DNA from: Microthyrium microscopicum
Lineage: Eukaryota
Reading direction: 5' to 3'
Assembly: GCA_010405405.1 (NCBI GenBank)
Contig: MU004233.1
Location: forward strand, 1,315,122 to 1,379,121
DNA: 64,000 nucleotides
Below the pieces are notes generated by a model. That model ran no database searches. It had not been told where the DNA came from and saw nothing but the letters and a program-made list of their open reading frames with translations. Positions 11,901 to 22,648 of this stretch are shown piece after piece. Made by a program: the position numbers and the translations under genes. How positions within the stretch are numbered: position 1 is the stretch's first letter; each line of letters opens with the position of its first letter.

Positions 11901-12732
11901 TGATTGGTGAAGGTTGGAAAGGTGAGTGGATGAGAGATGTATTATTGACAGGAGATGCAGGAGGATGGTTGACAATGGATGAGAATGGATTATTGATGGA
12001 TGGGTGTTGGAAGTTCAATGGGGGTAAGGCTGGCGGAACAATGGTAGAAGGTGGTGCTGAGGTTTGGGCCACGAAATTTTCAATCGGGAGTGGGTGGTCA
12101 GCCACCGAGGCCACACCATTCACCTTTGGCAGGTCCTCAGGGACAATAGCAGTGCTGGCATTGACGGGTTCGTCTTTTTTGTCAATAACTGCGCTTTCCA
12201 AAACAGTTGTTGACTCGCGAGATCCAGGTGAAGCCGGAGTAAGGGGGTCAAGTAATGGAGCCGGTTCTTGAGGTTCCTCACCCATCTCTGTAGTCTGCAC
12301 TGGTGGCACAATTTCATCGTTTTCTTCTGTGCCCGCCCGCTCAAATTGACCAGTAGATTCCTCTTGAGCTTCTGCTGCAGCGGGTTCCATTGGCGGTGTC
12401 AGCTCGGGTGTTGATACCGATAGATATGAGCGCGCTGGTAGTGTCCGAGGCCGAAACTTTGCTTTGATTGGATTCGGCGGCAAGTTGAGATCGCTGAAAT
12501 TCTTGAATAGAGAGCCAGGCAGCTGAGCAGCCTGCTTTGAAAAGCCTGCCTGCTCGTATGTGGGACGTCTATCCAGTGGAGGCTCGTCCCATTCCTGTGG
12601 TGTAGTTATGGCCGGTGTTTCGCTGTCTTCGATAACAGGCTCATGAATCCCTGGTGCAGCCCCAGCCGTCGCCGCGCGCTGGACCGGAGAAGTTCGTCGA
12701 CTTGACTTTCGCGAAGGTCGAAAGGGCGCCAT
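8978..12732 (-). CDS. Double PHD-finger chromatin protein, Rco1/Cph2-like
   Basis: PHD1 CQSCGDGGDLVCCDG..H..C..CPEC; NPSAFQLTHEIRTYY linker; PHD2 CYHC..CDYCPAQWHLDCLDPP..CPLH. Introns near 10277-10325 and 9218-9268. Confidence 0.85.
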
Positions 12733-13448
12733 TTATGCCAGCATGGACTGTGGAGGGTGGACGGGGTAGTTGATGTCCTTGAGAGTTGACTATCTGCGGA
12801 GAGGTTTAGCTTTTGTGGTGTCCTTTCTCAGCGACGCGCGGACTCACCTGCAGGTAAAAGAACGTCGCGATAGCACCTGCGATGCCTGAAGGACGTAATA
12901 CGCGTGCAAACGTCGCGCGTTCGGGGTTGGTGGTGGAGGAGGTGGTGGATGGACAAAGACCTTACAGACTGGAGTGGTGTTGGGAAGTTCGAGTGAGCAT
13001 GGCGTGGCGCTCAAAGGGGCGAGCGTTCACCCTCAGTTCAAACTAAATCGCTCCACTTCCTTCAAATTTTAACCACCTTCTCAATATTTCATGGCCTTTA
13101 TATTCTGACAAGTGACTGTTCTCTCATATTTAACGTGGCACGATCAATTATTTTGTCTGATTTTTCGAACTCAATCGCTGAATGCTGCTTGAAACGGCCT
13201 GCGCTCGCACTGTTTACCCCCTTATTAACACTGCGAACTCGATGATAGCGATCACTACTACATTCACGGCTTCAAGAATCATATCCAGGCTGCCATAAGA
13301 TTGTTTATTCATGTTGGCATGATCGGGTAGACTGGAAATGGATGCCGTCAGGGGTACGAAGCCCACCTGGGTCCTGCTACAACACAACCACCTCGAATAC
13401 ATAACCTTTTTCGAGGAATGCAATAACAAGAACCTATGGCGATTTGAT

Positions 13449-15099
13449 TTACTCATCGTCACTCTCCTCCTCCGTCTCCGCCTCTGCCTTTTTGGAAGCC
13501 GTCTTTGAAGCAGGCTTCTTCTTCTTCTTGGGCTTCTTAGCCTTGGTTGAAGGTGCCTTGGCCGTAGGCAGTTCAAGGATTTTGAGAATCTCCTCGTCAG
13601 TAATCTTCTTGTCAGTCTTGTACTTTGAAGTATCCAGCTGAGGTGGTGCAGCAACTCGTTGGATGCCATTCTTGGTAATGACTAGAGAATTGTCAGTCAG
13701 TCACATGTTCGAAAATCCACCCGTCATCAGCCCTTTTCAATTTCGCGGCAGGTAATATCCGGAACAAAAGCATAAAGAACCAAGTAAAAACTTACCGATA
13801 GTAGTCAAAAGTCGTCCAACAGGCTCAGCATCTTTGTCTGCAACCACTTCGTATTGTCGTACCAAATTGGCTCTCACGGCCTCGACTATGCCCACTTTGC
13901 CTGCTCGCTCATCCTCCAGTTGACGCAGACTGAATGCGAAGGTACCAAATCTGGCCTTGATCTCAGAGAGAGTGGCACGGGAAGATGGTCTCTTCAATGC
14001 ATAGGTGATGTTGGTGCGGCGATGCAGTGTAGCCCGATTGGACAGACTCTTGATTTTGCCGGAACCCAAACTGACACCAACTTCTACACCCCAAGCTTCG
14101 CCAACAGCTGCAGTACCCTCGCCCTTGACGCCTTCGCCTGGGGCAAGAATGATCTTTTTGTCGGCCTCAATCTCATTGTGGTCAAACAGCCAGCTGGTGG
14201 TGCTTTCAACCAGTGTGCATCCGTAGCTCTTGACAACCTTTTCTAGCATATGATTGATCTGAGTCTGGGTGTATGACTTCTTGTTCGCAGCCGCTTTCTC
14301 CTCGTCAGTTGTCGCCAGAGTGCCCGGTGGCAGCATCAAGCGCAATAAGAGCTCATTGGCATAGTGGGTGGCGAGTATCAAGTCGGCTGTGCGGCCATCA
14401 ATCTCCGCCTCTTTGCTGTCCTTGCCAGGGACTACGACGTTGTCGCAGACAATAGTACCAAAGCCATCGATTTGTGCGCCTAGCTGAATCTTGACAACTT
14501 CTCCCTTCTTCAGTGTAGTTTCGGCCTCTTCAGTGTCTGACTTGAGAGGAGTATATGGAGTGACATATGACGATGGTGAAATTGTAGTGGGATGAGACTG
14601 GCCCTTTGGTAGCTTCTTGCCTTTGAAGACCTTGCCAACTTCTTCTTCCAGGAGTTTGTCGCCCTTTTCGCATAGTTCGAGAATATGGGCTCCTTCGACA
14701 CACCATTCTGGTAGAGTACTTATGTTAGCGGCTATGTGCAGGACATTCAGGTCAATCGCTAAGTCGTCTTATATCTCTAGGCATTGTGTGCGGATATCCG
14801 ACGCGACTGGCAGAGTGGAGGGGTGACCTGGAGCTGGGTACATACCTGAGACAGCCTTGAGAACCTTTACGGAGATCTCGCCAGCTTGCTTGTATTTGGT
14901 GAGAGTATCGGGATTCGCGAGAGAGTAATCTTGAACCGCAAGGTCTATGTCAGCGTGTGGCTTCATATCGGGTTTCAACGTGATATTTTGCTCTTGTGCG
15001 GGGAATGTGAAGTTTCGCGATGATATCAGGTGTACTGGAATTGGCGCGCTTGGAGAGGGCCGCAGGATGAAACTCACCGGTGGCGGCTGCTTCAGCCAT
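13449..15099 (-). CDS. cdb4: Curved DNA-binding protein / PA2G4 (Ebp1) family
   Basis: Spliced MAEAAATDYSLANPDTLTKYKQAG.., IQLGAQIDGFG, ITYALKRPSSR; Lys-rich then acidic tail; stop at 13449. Confidence 0.9.
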
Positions 15100-15255
15100 G
15101 GTGAATATTCAAGAGTTGTTCACAAATATGGGAACAGGCAGGAGGAAAGACTGATGGTGGAGAAAGAAGGGGCAGTTCTGGATATTGGACCTTGGTGGTG
15201 TTGAATGCTCCAATGGTGGGGAGCTGCCCTTGTATTGGGCTCACAACAACCACCT

Positions 15256-15468
15256 CAACGGCATGGCAAAATAAATGGCGTACTCCCATCAACTCTGATG
15301 GCGCCCAGAGGCTACGGTCTGTTATCGAGTGCTTTATTTGCCATAAAGGGCGTTCGGATTGGGAGTATTTATCAGATACGATGGGAATTAAAGCACCTTT
15401 TGGTTAGCAGCGCTGGTAGTAGCCATCAGAGTTGATGGGAGTACGCCATTTATTTTGCCATGCCGTTG
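15256..15468 (+). mobile_element. MITE, subfamily A, 213 bp, perfect 47-bp TIR
   Basis: 15256-15302 is the exact reverse complement of 15422-15468; TSD CCACCT at 15250-15255 and 15469-15474. Confidence 0.97.
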
Positions 15469-15519
15469 CCACCTCCAGCTACTAAATCAGGTACATTCTC
15501 TGTCTGTTAATTAGCTGTT

Positions 15520-15720
15520 GTGTCGTTACCCGATCCTTGTTTTTCCGGGCTTTGCAACTTCTAGCATTCGATTGTGCTCTAATCCTGAATTGAACTCTTC
15601 AGCCTCATTGTCGACATGCAAGGCTGAAGGCCCCCTAAACATGATGACCACGGCAATTATCACATACTTTGCTGCTTCTGACAGATACACGCTTTCCATC
15701 TTATCCTGCTTGGTATTTCT
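15520..15720 (-). pseudogene. Decayed fragment of a cdb4 tandem copy
   Basis: ttctagcattcgattg (15559-15574) vs ttctagcatatgattg (14241-14256); HNRMLE-VAKPG vs INHMLEKVVKSYG. Boundaries approximate. Confidence 0.5.
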
Positions 15721-15933
15721 TTTAAGTATCTACGCAGATCTTGGGAGTAAAGTATTTTAGGACGTGTCATAACAAAGAGCACCTGCAAGGTATACCACTA
15801 GCTGTTCTCTCCATTTATAGGTCAGCCGAAGTTTACTTTTCCAAAATACATGTGAGTCAAGTCTGTCATTGTGTAGGTTCGTAAAATAGTTCTACTTACA
15901 GAGGGTAGGTACTTAGAAATAGATTAGTACGTC

Positions 15934-16893
15934 TCAGCGCACTAGACCGTTGATGTGGACATCAGTCACAATTGCCCGGTGATCACTCAAGTACACCCCA
16001 TCTTCAAAAACGTTCGGCAGCACCGCATATGTATCCACTTCCCACGACTGGTACGATAAAAATATCCAATCAATCTTCTTGGGCTCATCAAATCCAAAGC
16101 CCGTGAACGTATTGTTGTCCCCATATTCCTGGCCCCACGGTGCTCCAGCAAATTTCAATACAATCCTGTTTCTGTCGATCACCTCGATCGGCTCGTCCCA
16201 ACGCTCGCTGTTGAAGTCGCCCGCTAGAAAGATTGGCGAAGAGGGATATTGATATTTCCAGCGGGTAACCTCTCTAAGGATGAGAAGTGAACTTTGATAC
16301 CGTGCGATACTGCCTTGGTCGTCATAATGTGTGTTCATCGCAGTAACTTGCTGGCCTGTTGCGATGTGCTCAAACACACCGATTGTGAGTATACGGAAGC
16401 TCGCTGCATCCCAGCCTTTGCTTGGCACATCGGGTGTCTCGGACAGCCAGATGGTTTTGAATTCAAGCAGTTTCCAGATAGACGGGCGATATAAGATGGG
16501 CGCGTATTCACCAGCAGTTTTGCCATCGTCGCGGCCGACGCCGATGTATGCCCATTCTGGTACTTGAGATGATCCAAGGGGCTCTTGGTAATGATGTGGT
16601 GGTGTGAAAAGGGCAGAATCGGTTTCGTTGCCATTCAGGCCGGTCAAGATGTCCATAAGTTGGTCGTGGAGAACTTCTTGGAGACAGATGAAGCCGTTAG
16701 GACTGGGCCGGAGGTTGAAGCGTAGTTCATTGATGAGCCGTGGGGCGCGGAGGGGCTGCCAGAGTTCTTCGCCTTTGAAAGGACTAGTGGTAGCATAGCG
16801 AATATTGTGGGTGAGGATGCGAAGTGGCAGAGCAAACATGGCGGCTTGGAGTGGTTGGAGGTTAGCGAGGAGGAGGGCGGTTTGGAGTTTCAT
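15934..16893 (-). CDS. Secreted endonuclease/exonuclease/phosphatase (EEP) family protein
   Basis: Signal-peptide-like N-terminus; THNIRY, LQEV, GVGRDDG, NTHYD, LAGDFNS, IDWIF, SDHRAI motifs. Confidence 0.93.
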   Translation of the reverse strand: MKLQTALLLANLQPLQAAMFALPLRILTHNIRYATTSPFKGEELWQPLRAPRLINELRFNLRPSPNGFICLQEVLHDQLMDILTGLNGNETDSALFTPPHHYQEPLGSSQVPEWAYIGVGRDDGKTAGEYAPILYRPSIWKLLEFKTIWLSETPDVPSKGWDAASFRILTIGVFEHIATGQQVTAMNTHYDDQGSIARYQSSLLILREVTRWKYQYPSSPIFLAGDFNSERWDEPIEVIDRNRIVLKFAGAPWGQEYGDNNTFTGFGFDEPKKIDWIFLSYQSWEVDTYAVLPNVFEDGVYLSDHRAIVTDVHINGLVR

Positions 16894-17543
16894 GATGATG
16901 GCGGCCTCTGATAGAATGATTGTCTGGAGTAATTATACAAGATTGACCCAATTCCAGCTCTTTCAGTCCATTTATTCAATGCTGCTTGGATTGGCGTAGG
17001 ATGATGTATGAGGATGTTGTTGTTTTGAGATGGTGACAGGAAGGTTGACTGATATGGTGAAGGCGTCTACGCTGATTTGCATATATGGTAGCTGCGACCC
17101 ATGGAGTGCAATGTTCCTGCTGGCTGTATATGTTTACCGTGGCGTCTGCTTTCGTATGTCAACAGTGCGGTTTTGGCTTCGATATAATACTCGTCGAGCT
17201 TAAGAAATTAACATGACCGGATGAGGATGAGAGGTGGATCGTCATACAAGCCAATCATTAGGGTAAACACTACCACGCTCAAACCAACAATCTGGAAGTG
17301 AAAGCCATACGTTCCCAACCTGTCAATTCGGAGCAGCACATTTTGTTGTAATGCTGTGACAATAAAACAATATATTGATAGATCAGTATCATAAAGTCTA
17401 CAGTTCAGCTGCCAACGTCAGCCAAAGGGGATCATACACAGCACCCGCGACTATATTCACACGCATCCAAAAAAAGAACAGACCACGCTATGTCAATCAT
17501 GCACAACCATCGCCCAAGGCTAATCACAACAGCAATGCTTTCA

Positions 17544-19991
17544 TCAACGTTCATTCTTCCGCCGTACCTCCACGATTTCTTTATGCTTGCGGTTTTTTAG
17601 GTGGACCTCAAAGTTGCGCAATGTCTGACCTTCACCAGTGTTGTATGCCCTTCCTGGACAGTCCAGACATTTGACACGAGGCTGCCATTGTAATGTGATA
17701 TGGCTGGGCTTGGGCTTGTCTGAAATGAGTTGCTCTGGCTTCAGGAGGACGGATGCTGCAGGGTCGCTTTTGTCGTAGCCGGTGAGCTTCATAAAAGCTT
17801 CAAATGCATCATGTGGGTACTGTTCGCGTACATTTTTTACTTCGATTTCAAGCCAGCCTGGAATAGGTGGGGGCTGTCAGGGGATTAGTGTGAATCTCTT
17901 CCATCACTATACCGGGGTCGTATCTCAATATCTACTCACTTCTTGTCCAGGTTGAGGGTATTGGGACAGAGTAACTCGTCCCTTCTCATCGTAGGACCAT
18001 GGCCCTTCAGCTTTGCTTGCCGTTGATACTGCGGGACTTGCTCCCAGAGCTTTGTTGGCCATAATCGGAGTATTTGATGCTCGGCGATGTGGCGTGTTGC
18101 CTCTAGAAGGACCTCCACTGGCACGCAATCGATCCAGGCGTAATTTCGGGTTCTGCTTGAATTGTCTCAATATGTCCTTGGCTACTTTGAGTTTGACAAT
18201 GAGTGTCTGTGGGGGCTCAGATGCACTATCATCGCGTAACTCATACACCGGTCTTCGGCTGATGCTCTTGGGCTCGTGATGGAGTTGTGATAACTCAGGC
18301 GTTTGTGAACGTCCGAGGTTGGCTTTGATTGCCGCTGTAGCATTATGAGCAGCTCCTCGTATTATTCGTCCTCTGGATGTTTGTATGACCTGGGGGGTTT
18401 GGTCCACCTCCATTTCTGAATCGTCACTGCCAGAGTCATCACTGTCGTCTCCATCATCAACTCTACCAGCCTTTCGTCCACGGCCAGATGATCGCGAAAG
18501 TTTGAAAACACGAGCATTCTCCAGTTTGTCGGCTGCACCGGGCAGAGTAGAAGAAATGACCAAACTCCGAATTGTCCGGTCTTGATCTTTGAGATCTGGT
18601 AAAGCAGGCCCACCGCGACGTGTGACTGATCGCTTTTGACGTCTCTGGTCGCGAAGGATAGATAGCTCGTCGCGTTGTAGGTCAGCTTCACTGAGCTCGT
18701 AAAGATATGGCGTGTATTCCTTAGCCAGGTTCTGAGATCGGTAAACAGAGGGAAGTGGTGAAGTGAGGAAGTAATCGGCCATTTCGGACTTGTTGTTGGG
18801 ATCATCAAGTGGCCGTCCATCGAATGCATGCTGTGTAATATAGAGACCTTTGGTATATTTTTGACTCTGTTCTCGAATCTGATGTGCAATGGCTGTGGTG
18901 AATTCTCCTGATAAAGAAAGGTCGCGAGCCATCGCTCGAGCAAATTCTTCAGGATTGTTCATAGGGTTATTGATCTCCCATTCAAATTGGTCGATCAAGG
19001 TATGAACACCAATAGTGATATGTAATTTGACAAGAATGCGCATCTCATCGTTCTTGTATGCTTGATATGAGAGTTGTTCATCTATCGATGAATTGTTGAT
19101 GAAGACTTGAGGATAGTAATCAAGAAGCTGTTCTTTCATTTTGATGGCGACCTGCTGCGACATTACACCGGCGACTTCGTTTGGTATCATAAAATCCTCT
19201 ATCAGGGCTTGCGCAAATACATCAGCATTTATAAGGCGATCCTGTAGGTTCCATGTAAAGGTATCTCGAAGCTTGATTCGATCGTGTTCAATGTCTAGTC
19301 GTATGGGAACTAACTCTTCCCCAAGCTCTGCTTGCTCTAGCATATCCTTTCGTGAAGCGTGAGGGCGTGGCGCTCGTCGACGTCGTGGTCGTTGGAAGGG
19401 ATAAATTAGGTTATATCGAGGCGCATTCGGGGGTTGGTTTGGATGGCGCGGTATGTTAGTAGCCACGTTGCCGTAGCCAAGGTATCCAGTGCCGTATATC
19501 AGCGCGGGATTCTCAACCCTTATTTGCCTAATTTCAGTGTTGAGGAGATGCAGCTGTCTGGTCTTTTGGGTGACGACGCTTCGGTGCCAGGGAAGATGCG
19601 AGTCGACCAGAGAAGTGTTGAAATCAGCATCATTTTGTTGGAAAGTGAGCAGGCGAAAGCGGTCCACTTCATTCTCGACGGCGTATTTACCATCTTTGAC
19701 GCGTGGTTCTACTGGTTTCCTCGAACCAGAACGCGAGCGCTTTCTACTCGCGACTTGACCATTGGCATTATTGTTCTCGCTCGACTTTTCGGCATCCGAG
19801 ACTTTCTCCGGAGACTTTGTCGAGTCTTTTTGGGAATCCACATCGATGCCGGAGGCCGCCAATACAGCCTTAGCCTTGTCTTTGCTTTCTTGGATGGAGT
19901 TCGATCGAGAAGAAATATCGCCATTCATATCGGGATGGGCTTGACCCGCGGCGGTGGTTGAAGCATTATTCGGAGATTCGGTGGATGCCAT
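17544..19991 (-). CDS. SNF5: SWI/SNF complex subunit Snf5
   Basis: LVPIRLDIE..KLRDTFTWN, LIDQFEWEINN..PEEFA..DLSLSGEFTTAIAHQIREQ; intron 17939-17874; C-terminal VKCLDCPGRAY..FEVHLKNRKH. Confidence 0.95.
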
Positions 19992-20998
19992 GTTGTGAGG
20001 GAGTGTATGGGAGCGCAATGTTAAGTGTTTGCCGACAAACGCGCGCGCAAGACAGCAGCGCTCTCGGAGAGCCCGTCTAATCAATCAAGCTCTACACATT
20101 TAGAAGCTAAGCAGTGTTAGCGCAACTCGATACAGAAGCGATCCAATGCTAGGTGATGCGACGCGATAGATTGCGCGGTGAGGATGAAGGCTAGATGGTG
20201 TGTTTATAGGTTGATGATGGGCAGACGGCTAGATGCGAGAGGATAGGCGCAGTAGTGCGACAACATACCAGATCAATAAAGTGAAAGTCAGACAAAAGTA
20301 TATTGATGGATTGACTTGAAGACGATCGCAAGCGACATCTACACGTCCAGGAGACTGGAGTAGTGTTTCGGTGACCGTTTTGTCAGCGGCAGCTTCACGT
20401 GACAGTCGGATAGCGATTTGTCGGATTGGCCGCGCGTCTATACATATACTCTGCTACCACATTGTGCAAACTATGTACCTCAACCTCATCTATTGTGTTG
20501 ATACATACACACTAACTATCACTGCTACTACTCCTATTCATCGGACTTCTTATGGTCTGCAGCGTCTTGGCTGGCCTTCTCCAATTCTGGATCGATCCAA
20601 TGTAGAAGCGAAATCAGTATCTGGACCAGAGGAAATACGTACGCCTCTTTTGATGAGCTCAACATTACCCGATAATAGTCTCCTATAATTCCCTAGGCTT
20701 CGTGTACGCCTCTCGTCATCTGGATCCAAGCCTCCTAATAGATCCTGGCATTCTTTTTCTAATTTGGATCCACTTCGCTATCTACCTAGTGGGCATGTCT
20801 TCATCAGAATTGTAAAAGTAGCCAACACATCCCAACCACACCCTCTTGATCCACAACGCAGTCGACCGAATCCACGACTTCTGTAACTCCAGAATGACGG
20901 CTATAATAATGCCACAGCCACTAATAAGTCCACAAGTTAACCTTCTACACTAGATGACTCCCAAGCGCTTGGTTAGGATCCTCCATGGCTCAAGCAAG

Positions 20999-21865
20999 TC
21001 AGGCCATAGAAACGATCTGGGCAGAAATTGACGATGGAAAGATCCGCAATACATACCAAGAAATTGTCACCAGTACTCCTGCAATCCATTCGTAACGATC
21101 TGTGTATATGCAGAGATCATCAGTCGCCACCGCATTACAGCAGTTCCGAGACCAATCATCCGATTCTTCTCGCTTGAAAGCCGTTGTACAATTCTGTGCG
21201 CGGCGGAACGTGCCAACACCAGTGTACCAGTATGCAAATGCAATCATGAAGATCAGCGTCCAGTCCAAGCGGCGTTGAGGCAGGATGGGTAGATAACCGC
21301 AGACACAGCCCATGGCGCGAAGTATGACTGCTCCGAGTACAGCGGCTGAGGTGGCGAGTAATACTATACTGCTTCACATTAGAGAACATTTACAATTTTT
21401 CACAATGATACAAATAATATGTTTGGTTGTCAACGCCCTCTTTCCTTCGAGCCTGCGTATACTCTAAACACAGATGCTGACAGCGAAGCCAAACCAGACA
21501 AATGAGCTTTGAACTTACCACCAATTATCCACATATCCTGTGACGACGAAGATGTAGCTGGGTTTGTAGTTGTAAAGAACTGCCGTCCACTTGCCGAGAA
21601 TGAGGCTGATGAGTATAATTACTGGCATTACGGTGAGGATGGCGATGATAGCGAGAGGCCCAACTATCCACGCTGCAATCCGGTCAAGTCTGAGCCGCTT
21701 TTTCGCTACTAGAGTTGCAGCATCAGTAGTGTTGTCGGCATGGTCAGCGGCCTCTGGGTCTCGTTGCGGGAGGATGTTCTCATCATCAACCCATTTCTCG
21801 CCTGAACCATCTTGGTAGTAAGGTACCCGGTTGATGCCATTCCGATCCTGTTCTGTGGATGACAT
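20999..21865 (-). CDS. Hypothetical membrane protein (two exons); probable diverged Snf5 copy
   Basis: Exon 21865-21519 with gtaagt donor; acceptor near 21370 joins the frame ending at 20999; hydrophobic helices. Shares MxSTE, LRLDR, TGY and AY..TGxG.T.R with Snf5 in the same order. Confidence 0.55.
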
Positions 21866-22484
21866 GATTTATCTGATTGAATATCGAGCAAGGCTGTGGG
21901 AAGCCACAATAGGTACGAAAGTAAAGAAGAGGCTATAGTTGTGCACTGTGTAGTCCAGATCAGCTCCTCCAGATTGAGGGATGTTCTATGGTGTTTAGAC
22001 ACAAGGTCAGTAATAGGAGATATGGAAGAGATGGAAGAAGTCGTAATGAAAGGAATTCGAATGAGGGCCTCAGAGGAGACGCTGACTTATCTGCCACTGC
22101 GCATATAACGATGTACCTCTTGCAGAAAACCTGCGAAGCATCAGGCTGAGGCTGAGTTCTGCAGCAAGATTGAATTGGGCCTAGTACTAAACTACGCGGG
22201 TAGATTACTGCCTCAGTCGAGCACTGTAGAACATAGCACAGAGTAGATTATTGTGCCGAATTATCCCATCTCGTACAGTTGGTATTCGGGTTTCTCCTGA
22301 GTATAAACTAACGTATCAAGGAATGGGAGGACCTATCGTCAACTTGTTTAGAGAACGACACCATATATCTCCCATTGCAATGGATGTGCGGTCAAAATTC
22401 TGCCGATGGTTACTCTGGAACGAAGAGTTCAGAAATTGGTTGGAATAACAGCAACCGGGTTATCTTAGCAAGGCAAGTGGTTCG

Positions 22485-22635
22485 CAAGCGATGGACAAAA
22501 TAAGTGGCGTTCTCCCATCAGCGTCGATGGCTCCCACGAACGTTGTTAATTCAAACGTGTTATATTTTCTTTAGTAGCGTTGATGGGTGCTATCGCCATT
22601 GATGGGAGCGCGCCAGTTATTTTGACATGCCGTTG
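22485..22635. mobile_element. Chimeric or deleted MITE copy, 151 bp
   Basis: 22485-22567 is the reverse complement of the subfamily B right end; 22568-22635 resembles an A-type end; flanks (ggttcg / gctgtt) do not match. Confidence 0.85.
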
Positions 22636-22648
22636 GCTGTTTCCTACC

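Noticed and set aside
13135..13160. caattattttgtc, similar to the MITE terminal block
   Set aside because: Too short; no partner arm or TSD.
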